Source: an uncultured Candidatus Saccharibacteria bacterium (GTDB lineage: Bacteria > Patescibacteriota > Minisyncoccia > Phycocordibacterales > JACOZG01). From it: a stretch of 48,311 nt of DNA. Below, piece by piece: positions 26,286 to 33,515 of the stretch. The stretch lies in contig OZ246403.1 of NCBI GenBank assembly GCA_965230925.1, positions 596,230-644,540 of the forward strand, in the 5' to 3' direction. The notes under the pieces were generated by a model. That model did not search any database. It was given only the letters and a program-made list of their open reading frames with translations, and was not told the origin of the DNA. The first letter of the stretch is position 1. The number at the start of each line of letters is the position of its first letter. The position numbers and the translations under genes are program-made.

Positions 26286-26353
26286 ATCCCGTTAGAAATT
26301 CAATCAACGTGATCATGGTAAAATTGTTAATATTTAAAGATTTCTAACGGGAT
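26286..26353. repeat. perfect 14-bp inverted repeat spanning the whole intergenic spacer
   Basis: ATCCCGTTAGAAAT (26286-26299) pairs with ATTTCTAACGGGAT (26340-26353), leaving a 40-nt loop. The loop contains an extended -10-like TGGTAAAAT at 26316-26324. The right arm covers the first 2 nt of the next start codon. Confidence 0.7.
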
Positions 26354-28619
26354 GAATCCAAAATTTCCTAAAATAATTTCCCATCTTGGCTTCGGCTTAC
26401 TGGCCGGGCTTTTTGGCCTTGCCGCAGCTTTTCTTGTTACTCGAGTAGGCCCCATTGCTTATCAGCGCCTCATGCCGAGCTCGTCGGCGACTTTGTATAG
26501 TAATCAAGTTGCGGTGGTTAATGAATCGGTTCCAAACCAAGTAACTTCCCCTGCTTCATTTGAGGTTATTACTCAAACTTTGTCCGAGCGGCCAGCCACC
26601 GGCCGGTTTATCGAAGCTGATTTGCGTGCCATGACCATTGCTCTCTATGAGAACGGCGCTTTGGTAGAGTCGTTGCCGATTCTGGCAAAGGGTAAAATTG
26701 GTTCACCTTGGGAGACACCAGGGGGCGTGTATCAAATTCTTGGCAAAGAGCTCGACCATTTTTCTTCCATTGGTAAAGTTCACATGCCCTACAGCCTCCA
26801 GTTCTTCGGCAATTTTTTTATCCACGGCTGGCCATATTATCCGGACGGTACGCCGGTGTCGGCCAATTATTCTGGCGGTTGCATTCGCTTGAGCACCGAG
26901 AGTGCGGCGAAGGTTTTTGCTTTCTCTGTACCGGGGACGCCGCTGCGCATTCTTGATCACTCGCTCTCGGCGCCTGATCGCTCAATGGGGAGCTATCGCC
27001 TCAATCCGGGCGTGCCCCCAAGGGGCGTGCCCGCGCCCAACCTTTCGGCCGATGCTTACCTCGTGGCCGACCTTCTGACGGGTGACGTTATTGTGGGTCA
27101 CAATAAAGACCAGGTTTTACCGATCGCTTCCATTACCAAACTCTTTTCTACTCTAGTTTCTCTTGAGGTGGTCAACCAGTTCCAAGAAGCGACGGTAAGT
27201 GCTGAGGCTCTTGCGACCTACGGTGAGTCGGGCGGCCTGGTGCTTGGAGAAAGAATCTCGACTGGCGACCTCTTGTACCCGCTCCTGCTCGAGTCAAGCA
27301 ATGATGCCGCTGAAGTGCTCGCGCGTCATTTCGGCCGTTCGAGTTTTATCCGTCATCTCAACGAGAAAGCCCAAGCGATCGGTCTTACTAAGACCTCGCT
27401 CGTTGACCCAAGCGGTATTGGTGATCAAAATATTTCTACGGCAAGCGACCTCTTCAAACTTTTTCGTTATATCCATCACGGTAAGGCTTATGTGCTCTCG
27501 GTGCTGAAGAAATCAAGTTATCAAGCCGCGGGCCATCAGTGGGTAAACAATAGCGAGCAGCTCGCGACGCTTGGTTATTTGGGCGGGAAGAGTGGCCATA
27601 CCAATGCCGCGGGCGATACTTTCCTCGGTGGCTTCAATGTTCCTTTCGGCAACACTTCGCGCTCGGTGGTTGTGGTGGTGCTCGGCAGTGAGAATCGTCA
27701 GACTGATGTTCAAACGCTTTTGAGTTATCTCAAAACCGGAGTAAGTTTTGTTCCTACTCCAAAGGAAGTTGCAGAACCAACTCGGCTGATTTTCGTGGGC
27801 GACATTATGCTCGATCGCGGTGTAGAGGGAGTCGTGAAGCGTCACAATAATGATTTCTCCTGGCTTTTTGAAAAGGTGCCGGAACTCGAGAGCGCCGACA
27901 TCGCCTTTGGTAATCTCGAGGGGCCGCTGTCCGATCAAGGGAAAGACCGTCATCACTTATATTCTTTCCGCATGAATCCGGAAGCTTTGCCCGCGATCAA
28001 AGAAGCGGGTTTTGATATTTTTTCTCTCGCTAATAATCATGCTGGCGATTGGGGTCAAGCGGCTTTTACCGACACTATTAAACGGCTTACCGCGTCTCAA
28101 ATCAAAGTGGTTGGCGGGGGGATGAATGCGGCCGAGGCCGAAAAACCTCAGATTATTGAGCATGCAGGGAAGAAATATGGTTTCCTTGCTTTCACTGATG
28201 TGGGGCCCGATTGGCTCGCGGCCGCTGAGACTGAAGCGGGGTTACTTCTCGCCAGTGATCCGCGACGAGAAGAAATTATCGCTCAAGCGAAGAAGGTGGT
28301 AGACACTTTGATCGTTTCCTATCACTTCGGTGATGAATACCAGAAAGAGCCGAGTGCCCGGCAAATCATGCTCGCCAAGAGTGCGATTGATGCTGGAGCC
28401 AAGCTTGTCATTGGTCACCATCCCCATGTCACTCAGCCGGTCGAGCGGTATAATAATGGTTTGATTGCTTACAGCCTTGGGAATTTTATTTTCGATCAGA
28501 ACTTTTCCCCCGAGACGATGCAAGGGATGGCCCTTGAGGTCTTGGTGCGGGAGGGTGATATCATTTCTTTTGAAGAACATCCGGTGAGTTTGAACGCCGA
28601 GTTTCAGCCGTCTTTTTAA
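26352..28619 (+). CDS. triple-domain cell-envelope enzyme: L,D-transpeptidase (YkuD) + S11 D-Ala-D-Ala carboxypeptidase + CapA/PGA metallophosphatase-like domain
   Basis: TM anchor. YkuD motif IHGWPYY...YSGGCIRLS. S11 motifs SITKLF (SxxK), SSND (SxN) and GKSGHT (KTG-like). CapA-type motifs FVGDIMLDRG, FGNLEGPLS, LANNHAGDWG, GHHPHV and YSLGNFIFDQ. Confidence 0.8.
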   Translation: MNPKFPKIISHLGFGLLAGLFGLAAAFLVTRVGPIAYQRLMPSSSATLYSNQVAVVNESVPNQVTSPASFEVITQTLSERPATGRFIEADLRAMTIALYENGALVESLPILAKGKIGSPWETPGGVYQILGKELDHFSSIGKVHMPYSLQFFGNFFIHGWPYYPDGTPVSANYSGGCIRLSTESAAKVFAFSVPGTPLRILDHSLSAPDRSMGSYRLNPGVPPRGVPAPNLSADAYLVADLLTGDVIVGHNKDQVLPIASITKLFSTLVSLEVVNQFQEATVSAEALATYGESGGLVLGERISTGDLLYPLLLESSNDAAEVLARHFGRSSFIRHLNEKAQAIGLTKTSLVDPSGIGDQNISTASDLFKLFRYIHHGKAYVLSVLKKSSYQAAGHQWVNNSEQLATLGYLGGKSGHTNAAGDTFLGGFNVPFGNTSRSVVVVVLGSENRQTDVQTLLSYLKTGVSFVPTPKEVAEPTRLIFVGDIMLDRGVEGVVKRHNNDFSWLFEKVPELESADIAFGNLEGPLSDQGKDRHHLYSFRMNPEALPAIKEAGFDIFSLANNHAGDWGQAAFTDTIKRLTASQIKVVGGGMNAAEAEKPQIIEHAGKKYGFLAFTDVGPDWLAAAETEAGLLLASDPRREEIIAQAKKVVDTLIVSYHFGDEYQKEPSARQIMLAKSAIDAGAKLVIGHHPHVTQPVERYNNGLIAYSLGNFIFDQNFSPETMQGMALEVLVREGDIISFEEHPVSLNAEFQPSF

Positions 28620-29824
28620 TGAAACGAATTATTTTTCTTTTTCTTATCCCAATTCTCGTTTTTGCTATTTGGCTTTGGCCTGATGAATACCACTCATACC
28701 CTATTCCGAGTCAGTTGCTTGGTCTTGCTTGGCCGGAACCAGTTGAGCCGGCTGATCTCGCCACTAAGTATGCCAATCGAGGCTTACGGATCCTAGTCGT
28801 CCCGGGTCATGACAATGAACACAGTGGCACCGAGTTTGGTGGTTTGCGCGAGGCGGATCTCACGCTGGCGGCTGCCGAACAGTTGCGGAATTATCTCCAG
28901 GCTGACGGTCACTTCATTGTCGCCACCACGCGTGATTTTAAAACTGGGGAATATTTGCCCGAATTTGCTAATTATTTCCGCGATGAGCGAGAAGAGATTC
29001 TCTCTTTCCGGACGCAATTGCGACAAAAGTTCGTGGAACTGGTATCTACTGATGAGGTAGAAGAACGGACAATTGTGGAGCACAACTTTGCTCCAGCGGA
29101 AGTTGGTCTGCGTTTGTACGGCATTAATAAATGGGCCAATGAACATGATGTTGATCTGGTGCTCCATCTCCACTTCAACGATTATCCTGGCCGGCGCTGG
29201 GGTACTGCTGGCCGGCACAACGGCTTCTCGGTATATATTCCCGAGCGGCAATATCCCAACGCCGAAATGAGTTCCATCTTAGGTGCCGCCGTCTTTAATG
29301 AATTGAAGCAAGTGATGCCGGTGAGTTCTCTGCCGCTTGAGAATGTGGGCCTCGTGGAAGACCAAGAACTTATTGCTATTGGTTCTCATGGCTCACGTGA
29401 CGGGGCTTCATTTCTCGTTGAATACGGCTATATTTACGAGCCACAATTAGTGGATCCCGATGTGCGCGGGAAGATGTTGCCCGAGATCGCCTGGCAAACA
29501 TATGCCGGACTCAAGAAACACTTTGACCCCTATGCTCCCTTGCCTGTCACGCTCTTGCGCCCAACCGATGTACAAAGTGAGTTGAAAGAAGGAATTCGCG
29601 GTAGTGGCGAGGTGCTTGTGCTCCAACGCACCCTTTTGAAAGAAAAAATGTATCCGCCGGCCGGGAAGACTTTGCGCGATTGTCCGCTCACGGGTAACTT
29701 CGGTGGTTGTACGCGGGAGGCAGTGAAGGCCTTTCAGGCCGAACATGAGATTACTCCGCAGTCCGGTGTGGTGGGTGAGAAGACAAGAAAGAAACTTAAT
29801 GAGCTTTACGCCGTTACTGGTTAA
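28619..29824 (+). CDS. N-acetylmuramoyl-L-alanine amidase (Amidase_3-like) with C-terminal PG_binding_1 domain
   Basis: TM/signal, then ILVVPGHDNEHSGTEF and DLVLHLHFND, which fit amidase_3 zinc-site spacing. The C-terminal VLVLQRTLLKEKMYP...GNFGGCTREAVKAFQAEHEITPQSGVVGEKTRKKL is a peptidoglycan-binding repeat. A TAATG overlap couples it to the upstream gene. Confidence 0.7.
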   Translation: MKRIIFLFLIPILVFAIWLWPDEYHSYPIPSQLLGLAWPEPVEPADLATKYANRGLRILVVPGHDNEHSGTEFGGLREADLTLAAAEQLRNYLQADGHFIVATTRDFKTGEYLPEFANYFRDEREEILSFRTQLRQKFVELVSTDEVEERTIVEHNFAPAEVGLRLYGINKWANEHDVDLVLHLHFNDYPGRRWGTAGRHNGFSVYIPERQYPNAEMSSILGAAVFNELKQVMPVSSLPLENVGLVEDQELIAIGSHGSRDGASFLVEYGYIYEPQLVDPDVRGKMLPEIAWQTYAGLKKHFDPYAPLPVTLLRPTDVQSELKEGIRGSGEVLVLQRTLLKEKMYPPAGKTLRDCPLTGNFGGCTREAVKAFQAEHEITPQSGVVGEKTRKKLNELYAVTG

Positions 29825-29839
29825 GGGCATAATCGCCTC

Positions 29840-30850
29840 GTGAATTCAGGCTTTTGGGGAAAACTTAATAAACCAATTATGGTGCTCGCGCCGATGGCGG
29901 ATGTGACGGATGCGGCGTTCCGGCGGATTATTGCGAAGTACGGCAAACCGCCAGTGATCTGGACGGAGTTTGTGTCGGCTGACGGCTTGATGAGCGTGGG
30001 GCGGGAAAAACTTTTGATTGACCTTAAATATACCGAGGCCGAGCGGCCGATTGTGGCCCAGCTCTTTGGTGCTAACCCTACCAAGATGGAAGGCGCGGCG
30101 AAGTTGGTGGCGGAACTCGGTTTCGATGGTCTCGACCTCAACTTCGGTTGCCCAGATAGAAGCATTGAGAAGCAAGGTGCTGGCGCGGCGATGATAAAAA
30201 ATGCAAAATTGGCTAGGGAGATTATCAGGTCGGCTAAACTAGGTGTGGGTGGCAAGATCCCGGTCTCGGTAAAAACGCGGCTCGGTTATAACAAAGACGA
30301 ACTGGAAACGTGGTTACCTGAACTCTTGGCGGAAGAACCAGCGGTGATAACGATTCATGCCCGAACGCGCAAAGAGATGTCGAAAGTGCCAGCCCGCTGG
30401 GAACGCATCAAACGGGCAGTAGAGATTCGGAATGATCTGAAAAGCCAAACTTTAATCTTCGGTAATGGTGACTTGCGTGATCTTGCCGACGCGCGAACGA
30501 AAATAGCTGAAACTGGAGCCGATGGCGCCATGCTCGGCCGGGCAATTTTCGGTAATCCGTGGCTGTTTGCCAATTTGGCCCAAGAGAAACTTGGTAGCCA
30601 AATTGAGCATCCGCCTGTGGCGGATCGTCCGAGTTTGCAAGAGCGTTTACGAGTTATGGTCGAGCACACTAAACTCTTCGAAGAATTACTCGGGCCGCAC
30701 AAGAATTTCTCGATCATGAAGAAGCATTATAAGGCCTACGTGAACGGCTTCGATGGGGCTTCCGAACTCCGGGCCAAACTTATGGAAACTAACTCGGCAA
30801 GTGAAGTGGAGGGGATTGTAAACGACTGGCTATTGACAATTAGTCACTAA
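29840..30850 (+). CDS. dus: tRNA-dihydrouridine synthase
   Basis: LAPMADVTDAAFRRI, LNFGCP and ITIHARTR motifs of the Dus TIM barrel. GTG start. Confidence 0.9.
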   Translation: MNSGFWGKLNKPIMVLAPMADVTDAAFRRIIAKYGKPPVIWTEFVSADGLMSVGREKLLIDLKYTEAERPIVAQLFGANPTKMEGAAKLVAELGFDGLDLNFGCPDRSIEKQGAGAAMIKNAKLAREIIRSAKLGVGGKIPVSVKTRLGYNKDELETWLPELLAEEPAVITIHARTRKEMSKVPARWERIKRAVEIRNDLKSQTLIFGNGDLRDLADARTKIAETGADGAMLGRAIFGNPWLFANLAQEKLGSQIEHPPVADRPSLQERLRVMVEHTKLFEELLGPHKNFSIMKKHYKAYVNGFDGASELRAKLMETNSASEVEGIVNDWLLTISH

Positions 30851-30944
30851 GTGTGCTAGCCTGTTGACGGTAAATTGCAATGCCTCGGATGGGCATTTGA
30901 CATCAAAATAAACAGTTTTTGGCCGAAAACCAAAGGAGAGTCTA

Positions 30945-31406
30945 ATGACTAACGCTACAGAGGGTAAGATTATCCGCGTTGATCGCTCTGCAACACCACA
31001 GTACCATCCTCATGGGATCAAGAGATTGTTGTATCCCCAGTTTGAGCACACGGGCCCCAGTGAATACCACCTCTCCCAGGTCAAGCTCTATATTCATCCC
31101 GAAATGGAAAGTGGTGACCGTGGGGTGGTTTCCGGGGAAATGATAGACGATGACCTCAGAAGCAGTGATAAGATCAAATCTTGTTTGGGTATTCAAGACG
31201 CTTTGGCCATTATCGAAAAAGGTGTCGAGGTTTTTCGCGAATTCTTCGAGGGTAAAGAGGTGGCCTGTTGGAAATCTGTTGTCCTTATGGATAACGGTAG
31301 TCGTATGGTTCCCTATTTTCACGAGCACGAAGGCAGGGTTGTCGTGGGGTGGAGATTTTTTGGTCTTTGGGACAAAGGACAATCCCTGGCGCTGTTCAAT
31401 AATTAG
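30945..31406 (+). CDS. hypothetical cytoplasmic protein (153 aa)
   Basis: Strong RBS AAAGGAGAG 5 nt upstream and a clean terminator downstream. I preferred it over the overlapping antisense ORF 30942-31382. No recognisable family. Confidence 0.55.
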   Translation: MTNATEGKIIRVDRSATPQYHPHGIKRLLYPQFEHTGPSEYHLSQVKLYIHPEMESGDRGVVSGEMIDDDLRSSDKIKSCLGIQDALAIIEKGVEVFREFFEGKEVACWKSVVLMDNGSRMVPYFHEHEGRVVVGWRFFGLWDKGQSLALFNN

Positions 31407-31438
31407 TCGTCAACGTATCCCAAAACGTAAATATTAGG

Positions 31439-31467
31439 AACCCGCGTCGAAAGATGCGGGTTTTTCA
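31439..31467 (+). terminator. rho-independent terminator
   Basis: Stem ACCCGC (31441-31446) / GCGGGT (31457-31462), followed by TTTTT. Confidence 0.7.
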
Positions 31468-31484
31468 TTTCCACTTATCCCCAG

Positions 31485-31513
31485 TTGCTTGGAATTTTTA
31501 GAAAAGTTAAAAT
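31485..31513 (+). promoter_or_regulatory. sigma70-like promoter of the leader upstream of 31632
   Basis: TTGCTT (31485-31490), 17-nt spacer, TAAAAT (31508-31513). Confidence 0.5.
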
Positions 31514-31587
31514 TCTCCCAACGTGAAAAGTTGGAGAGAAAAGAAGTTTGAGCCGGTGTGCGAAGTAAAGTTTATTATTAATTAGTT

Positions 31588-31610
31588 TCCCCCGTTGGGG
31601 GATTTTTTTT
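31588..31610 (+). terminator. intrinsic terminator inside the 5' leader (candidate attenuator or end of a ~90-nt sRNA)
   Basis: TCCCCC-GTT-GGGGGA followed by T8. It ends 21 nt before the ATG at 31632. Confidence 0.65.
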
Positions 31611-31631
31611 GCCCGAAGGGTAAACCCGAAT

Positions 31632-32471
31632 ATGAAAAACAATTATATGGCGACGAAGAATATTAGGAGCTATAGCGCGGCGGTTAATAAGTTGCGCGAC
31701 TTCTTCCTCAAGAAAGGGTTTAAAGAAGTTCATACCCAAGACCGCTTAAGCATCTTGGCGGCGTGTGAGGATCCGTCCACGGTCGCCACTTATAATTACG
31801 CGGGCAATAAGTGGCCCTTGCCGCAGACCGGGCAGATGTGGCTCGAGTATGAATTGCTCAATAATCCCGATTTGCCCGGCGTCTTCTGTGTCTCGACCAG
31901 CTATCGCCATGAGCCAAATCCGATTCCAGGGCGCCACGAAATTATTTTCCCGATGTTTGAATTTGAGTCGAAGGGTGGGATGGATGACTTGCGTGAGTTG
32001 GAGCGAGAACTGTGCGAATCGCTCGGCTTCGGCGATAAGAGCAAGTACCCGCACAAGGTCTATGACGAGATGAGCGAATATTATGATGCGCCGGATCTCA
32101 AGCATGCGCATGAGCAAGAGATGTGGAAGGAATTCGGGCCAGTGTTCTTCCTTGAGCGTTTCCCCATTCGCACCTCGCCCTTCTGGAATATGCGCAAGAA
32201 TGGCGAGCATGCCCACAAGATCGATGTGATTCTCTGCGGCATGGAGACCATTGGCTCGGCCGAGCGGAGCTCAAACGCTAAGGAGATGCGCGAGCAATTT
32301 CACACTATTTCCGACGGTGGTTATGCCAAACTCCTCTTCGATCAATTTGGCCGCGAACGCGTAGAAGGGGAACTCGAAGACTTTCTCACCTTACCCTTCT
32401 TCCCTCGCTACGGCGGCGGCATCGGCATGACCCGCATGATCCGAGCTCTCGAGACCGTGGGGGCGATTTAA
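31632..32471 (+). CDS. stand-alone class II aminoacyl-tRNA-synthetase-like catalytic core (AsnRS/AspRS-type; AsnA-like candidate)
   Basis: Motif 1 KKGFKEVHTQ, motif 2 FCVSTSYRHEPNPIPGRHEIIFPMFEFE, motif 3 YGGGIGMTRMIRAL. At 279 aa it has no N-terminal OB-fold anticodon-binding domain. Confidence 0.55.
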   Translation: MKNNYMATKNIRSYSAAVNKLRDFFLKKGFKEVHTQDRLSILAACEDPSTVATYNYAGNKWPLPQTGQMWLEYELLNNPDLPGVFCVSTSYRHEPNPIPGRHEIIFPMFEFESKGGMDDLRELERELCESLGFGDKSKYPHKVYDEMSEYYDAPDLKHAHEQEMWKEFGPVFFLERFPIRTSPFWNMRKNGEHAHKIDVILCGMETIGSAERSSNAKEMREQFHTISDGGYAKLLFDQFGRERVEGELEDFLTLPFFPRYGGGIGMTRMIRALETVGAI

Positions 32472-32559
32472 TTTCGCCAATTTGCTACAATCCAACCCAG
32501 ATCGAGTTCTTTGACTCGACAAATCGTATTACTTTTTTCTGAAAGAAACGGAGGTTAGT

Positions 32560-33423
32560 ATGGCGGCAACAAAAGCCGAGGCCAAAAGTTGGCCCACGCC
32601 GCCGATTGACCCTGTGAAGTCGACGGTGGTAATTAGTTTCCACGTCATCGCTGCGGTTAGTGCGGTGATGTGGTATCAGGGCGAAATGAATGTTTCGTTG
32701 ATAACTATTATCTTCGCTTTCATTTGGCTCAAGGTAACGTCATTGGGTGTTACTGCCGGTTATCACCGGTTGTTTTCTCACCCCACGTATAAAGCGACCT
32801 GGTTTCTAAGATTGGTATTACTTCTTCTTGCTGCCGCTGCTTTCCAGGGTGATGTTTTGTCTTGGTCAGCACTGCACCGGATGCATCATAAGTACGAAGA
32901 TACCGAAAAAGATCCTTACTGTATCTTGCGTGGCTTTTGGTGGGCCCATATCCTCTGGGTGTTTTGTAAAACTTATCCGGATCTCAAGCTGGTCAGAGAA
33001 CTTCAGAGAGATCCGCTGATCCGCTTGCAAAAAAAGGTCGACATCCCGCTGGAGGTCTTCATGTGCTTCGTGGTGCCCACCTTGATTGGTTGGATTTGGG
33101 GTCAGCCGTGGGAGACTTTGTTTGTTGTTGGGTTCATTAGGCTTGTCGTCCAGTGGCACATGACCTTTGCCGTTAACTCCGTTGCCCATTGTTGGGGTGA
33201 GCGAGAATGGTCAAGCGAGATCACGGCGAGAACAACCAACTGGATTGTTGGCATCCTTACTGGTGGTGAGGGGAGAAGCCACAATCGACATCACCGCTAT
33301 CCGTGGGATTTTCGGGTCAGCGATAGCCCTGCTCCCGATATTCCAGCCCTGTTTATCTGGTGTTGTTCAAAGATTGGCCTTGCTTCAGACTTGAGGCGAG
33401 CCAATGCAAAATTGGCCGCGTAA
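32560..33423 (+). CDS. membrane fatty-acid (acyl-lipid/acyl-CoA, delta-9-type) desaturase
   Basis: Three histidine boxes: HRLFSH, HRMHHKYED and HNRHHRYP. TM helices flank them. RBS GGAGG. Confidence 0.85.
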   Translation: MAATKAEAKSWPTPPIDPVKSTVVISFHVIAAVSAVMWYQGEMNVSLITIIFAFIWLKVTSLGVTAGYHRLFSHPTYKATWFLRLVLLLLAAAAFQGDVLSWSALHRMHHKYEDTEKDPYCILRGFWWAHILWVFCKTYPDLKLVRELQRDPLIRLQKKVDIPLEVFMCFVVPTLIGWIWGQPWETLFVVGFIRLVVQWHMTFAVNSVAHCWGEREWSSEITARTTNWIVGILTGGEGRSHNRHHRYPWDFRVSDSPAPDIPALFIWCCSKIGLASDLRRANAKLAA

Positions 33424-33450
33424 ACACTTTGTCGAGTAACAGTAACCAGG

Positions 33451-33482
33451 GGGGCGACCGTAAAACGTCGCTCCTCTTTTTT
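33451..33482 (+). terminator. rho-independent terminator after the desaturase gene
   Basis: Stem GGGGCGAC / GTCGCTCC (one G-U pair), followed by TCTTTTTT. Confidence 0.6.
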
Positions 33483-33509
33483 GTCCAAATTTCGCCTTTC
33501 CTCTATACT
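33481..33509 (+). promoter_or_regulatory. sigma70-like promoter of dnaX (predicted leaderless)
   Basis: TTGTCC (33481-33486), 17-nt spacer, TATACT (33504-33509). The ATG at 33516 lies 7 nt after the -10. Confidence 0.55.
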
Positions 33510-33515
33510 GGGGGC

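Noticed and set aside
30942-31382. 146-aa minus-strand ORF overlapping the 30945-31406 gene.
   Set aside because: It has no RBS and no terminator on that strand. The + strand frame has a strong SD and a downstream terminator.
31514-31610. T-box riboswitch upstream of the aaRS-like gene.
   Set aside because: The leader is only ~100 nt. I could not find the conserved T-box sequence or a specifier-loop architecture. It is kept as an unclassified attenuator or sRNA candidate instead.
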